A DNA stretch of 63,617 nt, the filler included, from an uncultured Methanosarcinales archaeon (GTDB taxonomy: Archaea > Nanobdellota > Nanobdellia > Woesearchaeales > CALCXY01), in NCBI GenBank assembly GCA_964385185.1. It is 5 parts of 5 records of this genome, joined end to end, with 100 filler letters (N's around TTAATTAATTAA, not from the genome) between each part and the next. Parts side by side here need not be neighbours in the genome. Positions count along the whole stretch, not along the records: positions 17,175 to 34,239 come from CAYLOA010000026.1; 4 more parts are not named here. One strand, 5' to 3'. Position 1 is the first letter of the stretch. Every line of letters begins with the position of its first letter. Positions 19,921-29,934 of the stretch are shown piece after piece. Position numbers and translations under genes: made by a program. The notes beneath the pieces are model-generated. The model was not told the origin of the DNA. It saw only the letters and a list, made by a program, of their open reading frames with translations, and ran no database searches.

Positions 19921-21558
19921 ATGGAAAAAATAAATAAATGGTTCTTGTTATTGTTGGTCTTTGGTATAGTGTTGCGTTTAGGAGGATTAGGCGATGCTCT
20001 CTATCAAGATGAAGCTGTCTGGGGTTATGTTATTAGAGAATTTGCTACATATGAAGGTATTACTAAATTTATTCCTCATCCACCACTTGCTATTTGGGGA
20101 TTTCAATTTTTTAATTTAGGTTTTGTTACCAATGCATATACAATGAGGATGTTACCCTTTATTTTTGGGATTATTAATATTCTCTTGGTGTATTTTATTG
20201 GTAGAAGGTATTTTTCCGAGAAAACAGGGAGATGGGCTGGAGCCTTAATGTTATTTAGTTTCTGGCATTATGTTGCTTCATTACAAGTTGATATGGAAGG
20301 AAGTTTTCTTACTTTTATTTTGTTAGTTACGATGTGGAGTTATATGGAGTATGATCATACTCGTCAGAAGAAATGGTTATGGGTTACTGCTTTTCTTTTT
20401 GGACTGAGTATGTTGACTAAGATTACTGCTGTGATTTTATTACCGATAATTGGATTACATTTATGGTATAGTCATAAGAAGATCGTTCCTGCCATTAAGG
20501 ATTTTATTCCTGTGTTTATTGTGGGTATGGCTTTCTTCTTTTCCTGGGTAGGATGGGCATATTTGTTCAATCAACCTTTGTTTCAACATGTGTTTGGTCA
20601 TGCAACCAGTACTGTTGTTGTTGAAGGAAAAAGTTTCTTTTCTGTATTGCCACTTGTGTATTTTTTACTTTGGGGAACAGCATTGTACACCTTTCTCTTT
20701 GGATATAGTTTCTATAAACGTAAAAAGGAATATGTTGTGTTTTGGTTATGGGTGTTAGTTCCTCTTGTGTTTTACTTTTTTGTAGGAAAAGATTTAGTTG
20801 CTACGTATGATAGATATCTTATGATTGGAATACCTGCATTGGCTCTTGTATGCGGGGATGTTATAGCAGAATTTAGATTGCATAAGAAAGAGTTGATGTT
20901 GGGAGGATTGTTTGTTTTTTTTGGTTATTTTTTCAGTTTGTTGTTGAATATATATGGGACAAGAGTTACACATTCTATTGCTTACTACGGAGCTCTTGTT
21001 AAGAGTTTTCAATGGAATTTTCTGATTCCTTTGAGCAGTTCTACAGGTCCTGTTATTAAAATTAGTTTTCTAATGATTGCTCTTAGTTTTATTATTTCAT
21101 TCTTTTTGTTTCTGGTTATTTGGAAAGGTAAGGATCAAGTTCGGAAGTCAGCTTTTGCTGTATTTTTGGGATTGCTGTTTGGTTTTAACTTATTTATGAT
21201 CGTTGAAGTTATGGAACCACTTACTCAGCCAGATGTTTCTGATACTATGTTTGAATTGTATCAATATGTAGGAGTTAATGAGATGCCTAAGCCCTATATT
21301 AGTAATATGCTGGCTACTGCTTTTTATGGTGATGTGGAGATTTATGAAAATGAAGATCATACGTTCAATTATGTGATGGGTGATGAATTGGTTGATCAAA
21401 GAGTAGATTTAGCTATTGCTGAGGAGGGGACTATTCTGCTTTTGGATTATCCTGGAATTAGTAAAGACAGCCATATCTGGAAACGAGTGAATGAATGTGA
21501 GTTGGTGTATACCTCTGTTTCAAAAGGTTTTAAAAGCGGTTATGTGTTCCGTTGTTAA
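19921..21558 (+). CDS. ArnT/PMT-like GT-C glycosyltransferase
   Basis: DE motif, HPPL, multiple TM helices. Confidence 0.8.
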   Translation: MEKINKWFLLLLVFGIVLRLGGLGDALYQDEAVWGYVIREFATYEGITKFIPHPPLAIWGFQFFNLGFVTNAYTMRMLPFIFGIINILLVYFIGRRYFSEKTGRWAGALMLFSFWHYVASLQVDMEGSFLTFILLVTMWSYMEYDHTRQKKWLWVTAFLFGLSMLTKITAVILLPIIGLHLWYSHKKIVPAIKDFIPVFIVGMAFFFSWVGWAYLFNQPLFQHVFGHATSTVVVEGKSFFSVLPLVYFLLWGTALYTFLFGYSFYKRKKEYVVFWLWVLVPLVFYFFVGKDLVATYDRYLMIGIPALALVCGDVIAEFRLHKKELMLGGLFVFFGYFFSLLLNIYGTRVTHSIAYYGALVKSFQWNFLIPLSSSTGPVIKISFLMIALSFIISFFLFLVIWKGKDQVRKSAFAVFLGLLFGFNLFMIVEVMEPLTQPDVSDTMFELYQYVGVNEMPKPYISNMLATAFYGDVEIYENEDHTFNYVMGDELVDQRVDLAIAEEGTILLLDYPGISKDSHIWKRVNECELVYTSVSKGFKSGYVFRC

Positions 21559-21568
21559 GTGATATACA

Positions 21569-22288
21569 ATGTATAAAGGACAAAAAGTAAGCATTATTTT
21601 TCCAACATATAATGAGAAAGATTCTATTAGAGAGGCTTGTGACGAATTTTTAGCTAATGAGTTTGTTGATGAAGTACTTGTTGTGAATAACAATGCTGCT
21701 GAAGGTACTAAAGAAGAAGTAGAGAAAACTAAGGCTAAACAGGTTTTTGAGAAGAAACAAGGGTATGGTTGGGCTATACGAAGAGGGTTTGAAGATGCAA
21801 TTGGTGACATTGTTATTGTAAGTGAACCAGATGGAACGTTTTATGCTAAAGATGTTGATAAATTGTTAGCTTATTCAGATGATTTTCCTGTGGTGTTTGG
21901 AACAAGAACAACAAGAGCTCTTATTTTGAATGGAGCTAATATGGGTCTTTTTTTGAAGTGGGGAAATTGGTTTGTAGCTAAATTAATGGAGTTTATGTTT
22001 AATACTACTCATCTTTCTGATGTGGGTTGTAGTATGAGGCTGTTAAAAAGATCAGCTCTTGATAAAATTCGAGGAAAGTTTACTATTGGGACGAGTCATT
22101 TTGGTCCAGAGTTAATGTTGCTCACTATTTTGAATAAAATTGATTTTATTGAAGTTCCTGTTAAGTATGGACCTAGAGTGGGACAGAGTTCTGTCACAGG
22201 AAGTTTTTGGAAAGCTTTGAAATTAGGAATAGTTATGATTGGATTAATTGTTAAGTACAGGTTTACATCACTTTTTAGGAAATACTAA
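21569..22288 (+). CDS. GT2 (DPM-synthase-like) glycosyltransferase
   Basis: PTYNE, KQGYG, EPDGT. Confidence 0.88.
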   Translation: MYKGQKVSIIFPTYNEKDSIREACDEFLANEFVDEVLVVNNNAAEGTKEEVEKTKAKQVFEKKQGYGWAIRRGFEDAIGDIVIVSEPDGTFYAKDVDKLLAYSDDFPVVFGTRTTRALILNGANMGLFLKWGNWFVAKLMEFMFNTTHLSDVGCSMRLLKRSALDKIRGKFTIGTSHFGPELMLLTILNKIDFIEVPVKYGPRVGQSSVTGSFWKALKLGIVMIGLIVKYRFTSLFRKY

Positions 22289-22289
22289 C

Positions 22290-23345
22290 ATGGCAAAAAA
22301 AGTTTCTATCGTATTATTGAATTTTAATAATGAACATGATACTAACAAGTGTCTTGATAGTTTGGTTGGTCATGATTATTCCAATTTTGAGGTTATTGTT
22401 GTTGAGAATGGTAGTAAAATAGGACATGTTGATCGATTGAAGAAACATATAGAAAAATTAGGTAAGAAATTGGATATTACTCTTGTTGAAGAAACCGATA
22501 ATATGGGTTTTGCTGAAGGAAATAATATTGGTGTTCGTAAGGCTAAGGGAGAATATGTGGTGTTGCTGAATAATGATACGATTGTTAAGAAAGGATATCT
22601 TAAATCTATGGTAGAGAAGTTAGAGAGTGATGATAAGATTGCCATTGTTGGAAGTCGTATTAATAATATTGAGGAATTTTATGGTAATGTTGAGACATTA
22701 GGCAATGTTATTAGTTTGATGGGAGAGCCCGTTAACGTTAACATTAAAGATTGTGAGAAAATTGATCAGGATGATTTTACATTTATGGCATCTGGCTGTA
22801 GTATGATGTTTCGTAAAGATGTGTTGCCTGAGCCATTTGATGGAGATTATTTTATCTATGGTGAAGATACCTATGCTGCTTGGTTGGCACGGTTAAAAGG
22901 ATACGATGTTAAGATTGCTCCTGAGAGTAGGTTGGATCATTTAGGTGGGCAGGTTCGTGTTAAGGCTTCTAATTTACTTGAGTTTCATGGAGAGAAGAAT
23001 AAGATAGTTAATCCTTTGATCTTTTATTCAGGATGGAATGTTTTGAAAATGGTGCCACTTATTTTGGTGAATATGTTGTTGACTCTTGTAGTGAGCACGG
23101 TAAAATTACGAGTTCATATTCGATTGAAGAGTTATTTGTATTTGGTTACACATTTTGGTAAGATTATGGAGAAAAGAGCAGGGATACAGAAACAGAGGAA
23201 AGTTTCTGATAAGAAGATTGCTCCTTATATTACGTATAAGATTCCGCAGAACTTTGGATTTGTTAGTTCAATAGTTAACGGATTATTGTTTGTGTATTGC
23301 TTTATTGTAAGGTTGCCTGTTAAGGAGATCTACACTCAAAAATAG
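22290..23345 (+). CDS. GT2 glycosyltransferase
   Basis: NMGFAEGNN, LLNND, YGED. Confidence 0.88.
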   Translation: MAKKVSIVLLNFNNEHDTNKCLDSLVGHDYSNFEVIVVENGSKIGHVDRLKKHIEKLGKKLDITLVEETDNMGFAEGNNIGVRKAKGEYVVLLNNDTIVKKGYLKSMVEKLESDDKIAIVGSRINNIEEFYGNVETLGNVISLMGEPVNVNIKDCEKIDQDDFTFMASGCSMMFRKDVLPEPFDGDYFIYGEDTYAAWLARLKGYDVKIAPESRLDHLGGQVRVKASNLLEFHGEKNKIVNPLIFYSGWNVLKMVPLILVNMLLTLVVSTVKLRVHIRLKSYLYLVTHFGKIMEKRAGIQKQRKVSDKKIAPYITYKIPQNFGFVSSIVNGLLFVYCFIVRLPVKEIYTQK

Positions 23346-23408
23346 AGTTTTCTACCAGTAGAATATACTAGCACAACACTTAAAAAGTCAATTTGAGCCC
23401 TTATTTGT

Positions 23409-24314
23409 ATGATTACAGGTAAAAAGATCCTCATTACAGGAGGAACAGGATTTATTGGTTCTTTACTTGGTAAGGAGCTAGCGAAAGACAATGAGATTGT
23501 TGTATTTGATAAATCAGAAGGTGATGATATTCTTGATTATGACGCTTTAAGTGCAAAGATGAAGGGTATAGATATTGTTGTTCATCTTGCAGCTATTGCA
23601 GGACAGAATATTGCTTGGAAGTTGCCAAGAGAAGTGATGGAAGTTAATATTATTGGAACGTATAATGTGTTAAATGCTATGGTTGAACATAATGTGAAAC
23701 ATATTGTCTTTAGCTCAACATCAGAAGTCTATGGATCTTCGGTTGATAATGCAAAAGAAGATGAGCCCATGATGGAAGGACCTCCTCAAGAAATAAGGTG
23801 GATGTATGCTAATAGTAAATTGGCTTGTGAGAATTTTTTATTTGCATATAAATTGAAGTATGATTTTAAGATTACTATTCTTCGTTATTTTAATATTTAT
23901 GGTGAAGGACAAGATAAAACAGGTCATACTGGAGCTTTAGGAATATTTGTTCGAAAAGCTCTTGCTGGTGAACCGATTACGATTAACAACGATGGAAAGC
24001 AGGTGCATACTTGGTGCCATGTTGATGATTGTGTAAAAGGAACTTTATTGGCCATGGAGAAACCTGAAGCTGAGGGAGAAGTGTTTAATATTGGAAATAT
24101 TGCTACAAAGATGACTATTAAGGATTTAGCTGAGAAAGTTGTTGAGGTAACTGGTAGTAAAGTTGATTTAGAATATGTAAAGATGGAGAAACCAGATATT
24201 GTTATGAGAGTTCCTAATGTGGAGAAAGCTAAAAATGTATTAGGCTTTGAAGCAAAGGTAGGTATTGATGAAGGAATTACCAGGGTGGCAGAATGGCACA
24301 AAAATCAGTCTTAA
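23409..24314 (+). CDS. NAD-dependent epimerase/dehydratase
   Basis: ITGGTGFIG, STSEVY, YxxxK. Confidence 0.9.
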   Translation: MITGKKILITGGTGFIGSLLGKELAKDNEIVVFDKSEGDDILDYDALSAKMKGIDIVVHLAAIAGQNIAWKLPREVMEVNIIGTYNVLNAMVEHNVKHIVFSSTSEVYGSSVDNAKEDEPMMEGPPQEIRWMYANSKLACENFLFAYKLKYDFKITILRYFNIYGEGQDKTGHTGALGIFVRKALAGEPITINNDGKQVHTWCHVDDCVKGTLLAMEKPEAEGEVFNIGNIATKMTIKDLAEKVVEVTGSKVDLEYVKMEKPDIVMRVPNVEKAKNVLGFEAKVGIDEGITRVAEWHKNQS

Positions 24315-25150
24315 TTGTGGGAGCAAGTGGATTTGTTGGCAAGAATGTTATAGAACAAGTTCCTTCAGATTGGGATGTTACAGCAACTTATTGCAATACT
24401 TCAGATTTTGTTGAATTTTGTGAGGGCAAAGAAAATGTTACGCCCTTGAAGTTAGATTTGTTAAGTGATTTTGATATTTCTGGTGATTTTGATGTTGTTG
24501 TGTATATTGCTGCAAATTCTGATCCTAAAAAAAGTTTTGAGATGCCTGAAGAAGATTTTACATTAAATGCTGAAGGTGTTGTTACATTAATGGATAAGGT
24601 AACTTGTAAGAAATTAGTCTACTTTTCATCTGGAGCTGTTAAATTAGATCAAGATATTCCTTATATTAAATCTAAGCAAGCTGGAGAGGCAAATGTTATT
24701 CGATTAGCAAAGGAAAAAGGATTTTCTTTTGTTATATTACGATTGTTTGAAGCTTTTGGTCCATATAGTCCTTCTCGAAAGATTTTTAGACGGATGTGTG
24801 AATCACTTGAGAAAGGAGATACTACCTTTACCATTCATGGTGATGGAACTAATTTAGTCGATCCTATGTATGTAGAAGATACAGCTCGTGCTGTTATTGC
24901 AGTTGTTGATGGAGATAAAGTAGATGTTACTCTTGATTTGTGTACAGGGAGTCCTATGACTATTACAGAAGTAGGAGAAGCTATTGGTAAAATTTATAAT
25001 GTTGATTTATTGTTAAAGTATGAAGGAGAAGCTGTTGAGAAAGTAACTTTCAGCGGAGATCCTAGTCATCTCAAGGAATATTACGGATTTGAGAAGAAAA
25101 TTACTTTTGCAGAGGGGATTGAATCATGGAAAAAAAGAAACTTGGAATAG
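24293..25150 (+). CDS. NAD-dependent epimerase/reductase
   Basis: GASGFVG, YIKSK. Confidence 0.85.
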   Translation: MAQKSVLIVGASGFVGKNVIEQVPSDWDVTATYCNTSDFVEFCEGKENVTPLKLDLLSDFDISGDFDVVVYIAANSDPKKSFEMPEEDFTLNAEGVVTLMDKVTCKKLVYFSSGAVKLDQDIPYIKSKQAGEANVIRLAKEKGFSFVILRLFEAFGPYSPSRKIFRRMCESLEKGDTTFTIHGDGTNLVDPMYVEDTARAVIAVVDGDKVDVTLDLCTGSPMTITEVGEAIGKIYNVDLLLKYEGEAVEKVTFSGDPSHLKEYYGFEKKITFAEGIESWKKRNLE

Positions 25151-26151
25151 GAGTCATTGGTTGTGGCCGTGTAGCGCCGTATCATTTTAATGCTATTAAC
25201 GCTATCGATAGATGTGAATTAGTTGCACTTTGTGATGCTGATAAAAATAGATTAGAGGAAGCAGGTAAAGAGCAAAAAGTTACTTTATATGACGATTATG
25301 AAAAGATGTTGAAAGATCCTAATGTAGATGTAGTAAGTGTGTGTACACCACATGGAAGTCATGCAAAGCATGCTATTATGGCTGCAAAGGCTGGAAAACA
25401 TATTATTACTGAAAAGCCTATGGCTATGAATGTGAAGGATGCTGATGAGATGATATCTGAGGCTGAGAAAAATAAGGTACGATTATTTGTAATCAAACAG
25501 AATAGATACAATCCTCCTATTGTTAAGTTAAAAGAAGCTGTTGATAAAGGAAGATTTGGCAAAATGGTTTTGCTTAATACCACTGTTTTCTGGACACGAT
25601 CTCAAGATTATTTTGATATGGACAAATGGAGAGGGACTACTTCAGATGATGGAGGGGTAATGATGAATCAAGCTTCTCACCATATTGATCTTCTTCATTG
25701 GTTAGGAGGAGATGTGAAAAGTGTTTTTGCTTATGGAGATACTCGAACTCATGATTTAGAGGTTGAAGATACTGCTGTTGCTGTTTTAAAGTTTAAGAGT
25801 GGAGCTATGGGAGTTATCCAAGGAACTACTTGTGCCTTTCCTAAGAACTTAGAAGGGAGTGTTACCGTTCTTGGAGAAACTGGAAGTGTTAAGGTGGGTG
25901 GTTTTGCTGTAAATAAAGTAGACACCTGGGAATTTAAGGATCAAGCCCAAGGAGATGAATGGGTTAAACAGATGAAGACTGAACCCCCTACTGTGTATGG
26001 TTTTGGTCATCAAGAATTGTATCGGGAATTAGTGGATGCTATTATTGATGGAAAGGATGCTATGATGACAGGAGATGAAGGGCGGAAGAGTTTAGAGTTG
26101 ATTATGGCGATTTATGAATCAATTAAAACTGGGAAGGAGGTTACACTGTAG
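25126..26151 (+). CDS. Gfo/Idh/MocA oxidoreductase (WbpB/WlbA-like)
   Basis: GCGRV, EKPMA, QNRYN, NQASHHID. Confidence 0.88.
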   Translation: MEKKKLGIGVIGCGRVAPYHFNAINAIDRCELVALCDADKNRLEEAGKEQKVTLYDDYEKMLKDPNVDVVSVCTPHGSHAKHAIMAAKAGKHIITEKPMAMNVKDADEMISEAEKNKVRLFVIKQNRYNPPIVKLKEAVDKGRFGKMVLLNTTVFWTRSQDYFDMDKWRGTTSDDGGVMMNQASHHIDLLHWLGGDVKSVFAYGDTRTHDLEVEDTAVAVLKFKSGAMGVIQGTTCAFPKNLEGSVTVLGETGSVKVGGFAVNKVDTWEFKDQAQGDEWVKQMKTEPPTVYGFGHQELYRELVDAIIDGKDAMMTGDEGRKSLELIMAIYESIKTGKEVTL

Positions 26152-26766
26152 ATGGGCGCTAATAATGTGAAGATGGGCAAAGATGCTCAGATTGGAGATT
26201 TTGTTCTTATCGGTGTAGCTCCAAAAGGCAAGAAAGAAGGAGAAGTTAAGACAGTAATTGGAGATAAGGCCACTATTAGAAGTCATAGTGTTATTTATGC
26301 AGGCAATAATATTGGTGATCATTTTCAAAGTGGACATTCGGTTGTCATTCGAGAGGATAATACGATTGGTAATGATGTAAGTATTGGAAGTCAAAGTAAT
26401 ATTGAGCATCATGTTACCATTAAGGATGGAGTTCGGATTCATAGTCAAGTATTTATTCCTGAAGAGAGTGTTATCGGAAAAGGAGCTTGGATTGGTCCAC
26501 GAGTATGTGTTACCAATGCACCGTTTCCAAATACACCTACTACTAAAGAAAATTTAGTTGGTGTTGAGATTGGAGAAGATGCAAAGATTGGAGCAAATAG
26601 TACTTTATTGCCTGGAGTGAAAATTGGTAAAGGTGCTTTTGTGGGTGCAGGAAGTGTAGTTACTAAAGATGTTCCTGCTGGAAAGTTAGTTGTCGGTAAT
26701 CCAGCTAAAGTTGTGAAAGATGTTAAAGATATTGTTGATGATGAGGGTAAGAAGGTATATTCATGA
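26152..26766 (+). CDS. Hexapeptide-repeat N-acetyltransferase (WbpD-like)
   Basis: LbH repeats, GAGSVVTKDV, GNPA. Confidence 0.85.
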   Translation: MGANNVKMGKDAQIGDFVLIGVAPKGKKEGEVKTVIGDKATIRSHSVIYAGNNIGDHFQSGHSVVIREDNTIGNDVSIGSQSNIEHHVTIKDGVRIHSQVFIPEESVIGKGAWIGPRVCVTNAPFPNTPTTKENLVGVEIGEDAKIGANSTLLPGVKIGKGAFVGAGSVVTKDVPAGKLVVGNPAKVVKDVKDIVDDEGKKVYS

Positions 26767-27845
26767 AGATTCCTTTTGTAGATTTACAAGCTCAGTATCA
26801 GGGCATTAAGAAAGAGATGGATGTAGCGATTGCTTCGATTTTAGATAATACTTCTTTTATTATGGGGAAACCTGTTGAGGAGTTTGAGAAAGAATTTGCT
26901 TCTTTTTTGGATGTGAAGCATTGTGTAAGTGTTAGTAGTGGGACAAGTGCTTTGTATTTGGCTTTAAGAGCTTTAGGTATTGGTGAAGGGGATGAAGTTA
27001 TTTTACCTTCTCATACATTTATTGGTTCAGTAGAACCGATTACATTACTTGGTGCAGTGCCTGTCTTTGTTGATGTTAAAGATTATGTTATTTCGGTTTC
27101 TGATGTTAAGGATAAGATAACAGATAAGACTAAGGCAATAATTCCAGTACATCTGTATGGACAGAGTTGTGATATGGATTCGATTATGGAAATTGCTAAA
27201 GAGCATGGATTGAAGGTTATTGAAGATGCTTGTCAAGCACATGGTGGAGAATATAAGGGTAAGAAATTAGGTACGATTGGTGATGCTGGTTGTTTTAGTT
27301 TTTATCCTGGGAAAAATCTTGGTGGATATGGAGATGGTGGAGCTGTTGTGACTAACAATGAGTCATTGGCAACTGAGATGAGACAGTTTTTAGATCATGG
27401 AAGAGAGAAAGGTGAAAAGTATGTTCACGCAACTCTGGGTTTTAATTTTAGAATGGATGCATTACAGGCAAAGGTGTTGAGTGTTAAGTTGAAACATTTG
27501 GCAGATTGGATTACTCAAAGACAGAAGAATGCTGAGATGTATGATAAGAAGCTGAGTAAATTGAAAGGGGTTAAGGTTCCTCCCGAAGGCGTCTATCATC
27601 TCTATGTTATTCAACATCCTGATCGAGATGGATTACGTGAACATCTTGCTGAGAAAGGAATATCTACTGGAATTCATTATCCTGTTCCACTTCATTTACA
27701 ACCTGCTTGTAAAGAGTTTGGTGGAAAAAAAGGAGATTTTCCTGATACTGAGAAGATTGTAGATACAATATTATCTTTACCTATGTATCCTGAATTGACT
27801 GAAGAGCAGATTGATTATATCTGTAAAGCTATCGAGGAGTTTTAA
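26763..27845 (+). CDS. DegT/DnrJ/EryC1/StrS aminotransferase (WbpE-like)
   Basis: VHLYGQ, EDACQAHG, SFYPGKNLG. Confidence 0.92.
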   Translation: MKIPFVDLQAQYQGIKKEMDVAIASILDNTSFIMGKPVEEFEKEFASFLDVKHCVSVSSGTSALYLALRALGIGEGDEVILPSHTFIGSVEPITLLGAVPVFVDVKDYVISVSDVKDKITDKTKAIIPVHLYGQSCDMDSIMEIAKEHGLKVIEDACQAHGGEYKGKKLGTIGDAGCFSFYPGKNLGGYGDGGAVVTNNESLATEMRQFLDHGREKGEKYVHATLGFNFRMDALQAKVLSVKLKHLADWITQRQKNAEMYDKKLSKLKGVKVPPEGVYHLYVIQHPDRDGLREHLAEKGISTGIHYPVPLHLQPACKEFGGKKGDFPDTEKIVDTILSLPMYPELTEEQIDYICKAIEEF

Positions 27846-27846
27846 C

Positions 27847-28875
27847 ATGAAGAAAGTTAGTATTTTGGTTTTATGTTACAATGAAAAGAAATTTATTAAG
27901 ACATTATTGGATTCTTTGAAGGAACAAGATTACAAAGGAGAGATTCAGACTATTGTTGTTGATAATGCCTCTACTGATGGGAGTACAGATTTTGTTGAAG
28001 ATTTAATTGCTAAAGATTTTACCAATGTTCAATTTATTAAAAATGATAAGAATATAGGAACACCTGGTTTTAATCTCGCTTTGCCTCATGTCAAAGGAGA
28101 ATATGTTATGTGGGTAGGGAGTGATACTAAGTTTGCCCCTAGTTGTGTTTCTGAAATGGTTAAATATCTAGATGATCATCCCAAAGTGGGTGGAATTTAT
28201 CCTCATGTTTTGGATTGGGAAGGAATGTATCTAGAAGGATGGTATCGATTTTCACGAACATTGTATTTCTTTTCAATTTTAGGTAAAAGTGAGGAGAAAG
28301 AGTATAGTGCCATCGGTCCTGGAATGATGAGGAAAGAGATTTTAGATGTAATTGATTATATTTATGACGATGATTATTTTTATTCCTATGAAGATGTAGA
28401 TCTTTGTTTGCGGATGAGATTGTTAGGATGGCCTACTGAATATTTTAAAGATGGAATTTTATATCATCGTGGCAGTATTTCATTTAATACACAGCAGAAA
28501 AAAGCAAAGTTAGTGTATCTTGGAGATAGAAATGCTTTGATTACTTTACTTAAGATCGATCAGATACATACTCTTGCTTGGGTTTTGCCTTATACTTTGG
28601 CTTATCGAGGATTGTTAATATTGAAGGAACTTGTTACTTTACGATGGAAGTTTGCAGCTGCTAGGACTGGAGCTGTATTGTATCCACTATTTCATATTCC
28701 TATGATTTGGAAGAAACGAAGAGGGGTACAGAAATATCGTAAGAAGAGTGATGGGTATGTCTATAAGATTGCTGATGAAAAAGGATTTATACAAGAAGCT
28801 TTTAAGAAGTTGATTGGAAGAGAAACTTTTGATGTGAATAAATTTCATAAGAAATATAGAAAGGAAAAAAATTAG
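27847..28875 (+). CDS. GT2 glycosyltransferase
   Basis: VDNASTDG, YEDVDLCLR. Confidence 0.85.
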   Translation: MKKVSILVLCYNEKKFIKTLLDSLKEQDYKGEIQTIVVDNASTDGSTDFVEDLIAKDFTNVQFIKNDKNIGTPGFNLALPHVKGEYVMWVGSDTKFAPSCVSEMVKYLDDHPKVGGIYPHVLDWEGMYLEGWYRFSRTLYFFSILGKSEEKEYSAIGPGMMRKEILDVIDYIYDDDYFYSYEDVDLCLRMRLLGWPTEYFKDGILYHRGSISFNTQQKKAKLVYLGDRNALITLLKIDQIHTLAWVLPYTLAYRGLLILKELVTLRWKFAAARTGAVLYPLFHIPMIWKKRRGVQKYRKKSDGYVYKIADEKGFIQEAFKKLIGRETFDVNKFHKKYRKEKN

Positions 28876-28890
28876 GGATTGGCGTGAACA

Positions 28891-29934
28891 ATGAGAATAG
28901 CTGTCATAGGAACCTACCCTCCGCAAAAGGATGGAATTGGAATTTATACTTCTAAGTTAGTTAAAAGTATGCAGGATGATGGTCATGAAGTCAAGGTGTT
29001 TACTTTCAAGGGAAATTCTGGGGAAGGTGTTGTAGGATGTTTATCAAAGAATAATCCATTCAGCTATCTTTCTACAGCTTTTAAGGTTAAAAAATATAAT
29101 CCTGACAAAGTATTGATTCAACATGAGTATGTGCATTACAATTGGTTATATTTTCCAGGAATTGTAAAGTTTCTTTGGTTTTTAGGCATAAAAAGTAGTA
29201 TTATGATGCATACCGTGAGTCCTTATGATAAAGGTTGGAAAGCATTTGTGTTTAAATTGGTGCATTTCACTATGTTCTTTTTTTGCAAGCATGTTTTTGT
29301 GCATACTGAGGGTGCTAAAAAGAAATTATTGTCTCGAAGTTGGATTAAACCAAAAGTAGACGTGGTTCCTATTGCTATCGATGCTCAAGCAGTTCCTAAA
29401 CTAGCTACGGGTAAGAAGTTGCTTAGTTTTGGATTTATTTCTTCAGATAAAGGTCTTGATATCTTATGTAAGGCTGTTCATGGATTGCATGTTGATGTAA
29501 CTATTGCAGGAAGTGTGAGTCCTTATGCTATGAAGAAACAACATGCTTTTTTGAAGAATTTGGAGAAGGATTGTTCAGCTGAGAATATTACTTTAATCAA
29601 TAAATTTGTATCTGAAGAAGAGAAGGAGAAGTTGTTTAAAGAAACTGACTACTTTGTATTGCCCTATCGTTTTATTGAGCAATCAGCTGTATTGACTGAG
29701 GTTTGGGGATATGGAAAGATTCCTATTTGTTCAGATATTCCTGGATTTAAGGAAGAAATTGGTACTGAGAATGGAGTATTGTTTAGAGATGGTGATTCCG
29801 AGAGTTTGAGAGGTGTTATTGAAAATATTATTTCTAATAAGAGAAAGCAGCAAAAGATTTTGGATAGCATTAAGAAATTACAGAAGGAAAGGAGTTTTAA
29901 TGTGTGTGCTAAGAAGGTTGTAGATTTACTTTAA
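28891..29934 (+). CDS. GT4 glycosyltransferase
   Basis: YPP-K-GIG-Y, FGFI, VLPY…QSAV. Confidence 0.85.
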   Translation: MRIAVIGTYPPQKDGIGIYTSKLVKSMQDDGHEVKVFTFKGNSGEGVVGCLSKNNPFSYLSTAFKVKKYNPDKVLIQHEYVHYNWLYFPGIVKFLWFLGIKSSIMMHTVSPYDKGWKAFVFKLVHFTMFFFCKHVFVHTEGAKKKLLSRSWIKPKVDVVPIAIDAQAVPKLATGKKLLSFGFISSDKGLDILCKAVHGLHVDVTIAGSVSPYAMKKQHAFLKNLEKDCSAENITLINKFVSEEEKEKLFKETDYFVLPYRFIEQSAVLTEVWGYGKIPICSDIPGFKEEIGTENGVLFRDGDSESLRGVIENIISNKRKQQKILDSIKKLQKERSFNVCAKKVVDLL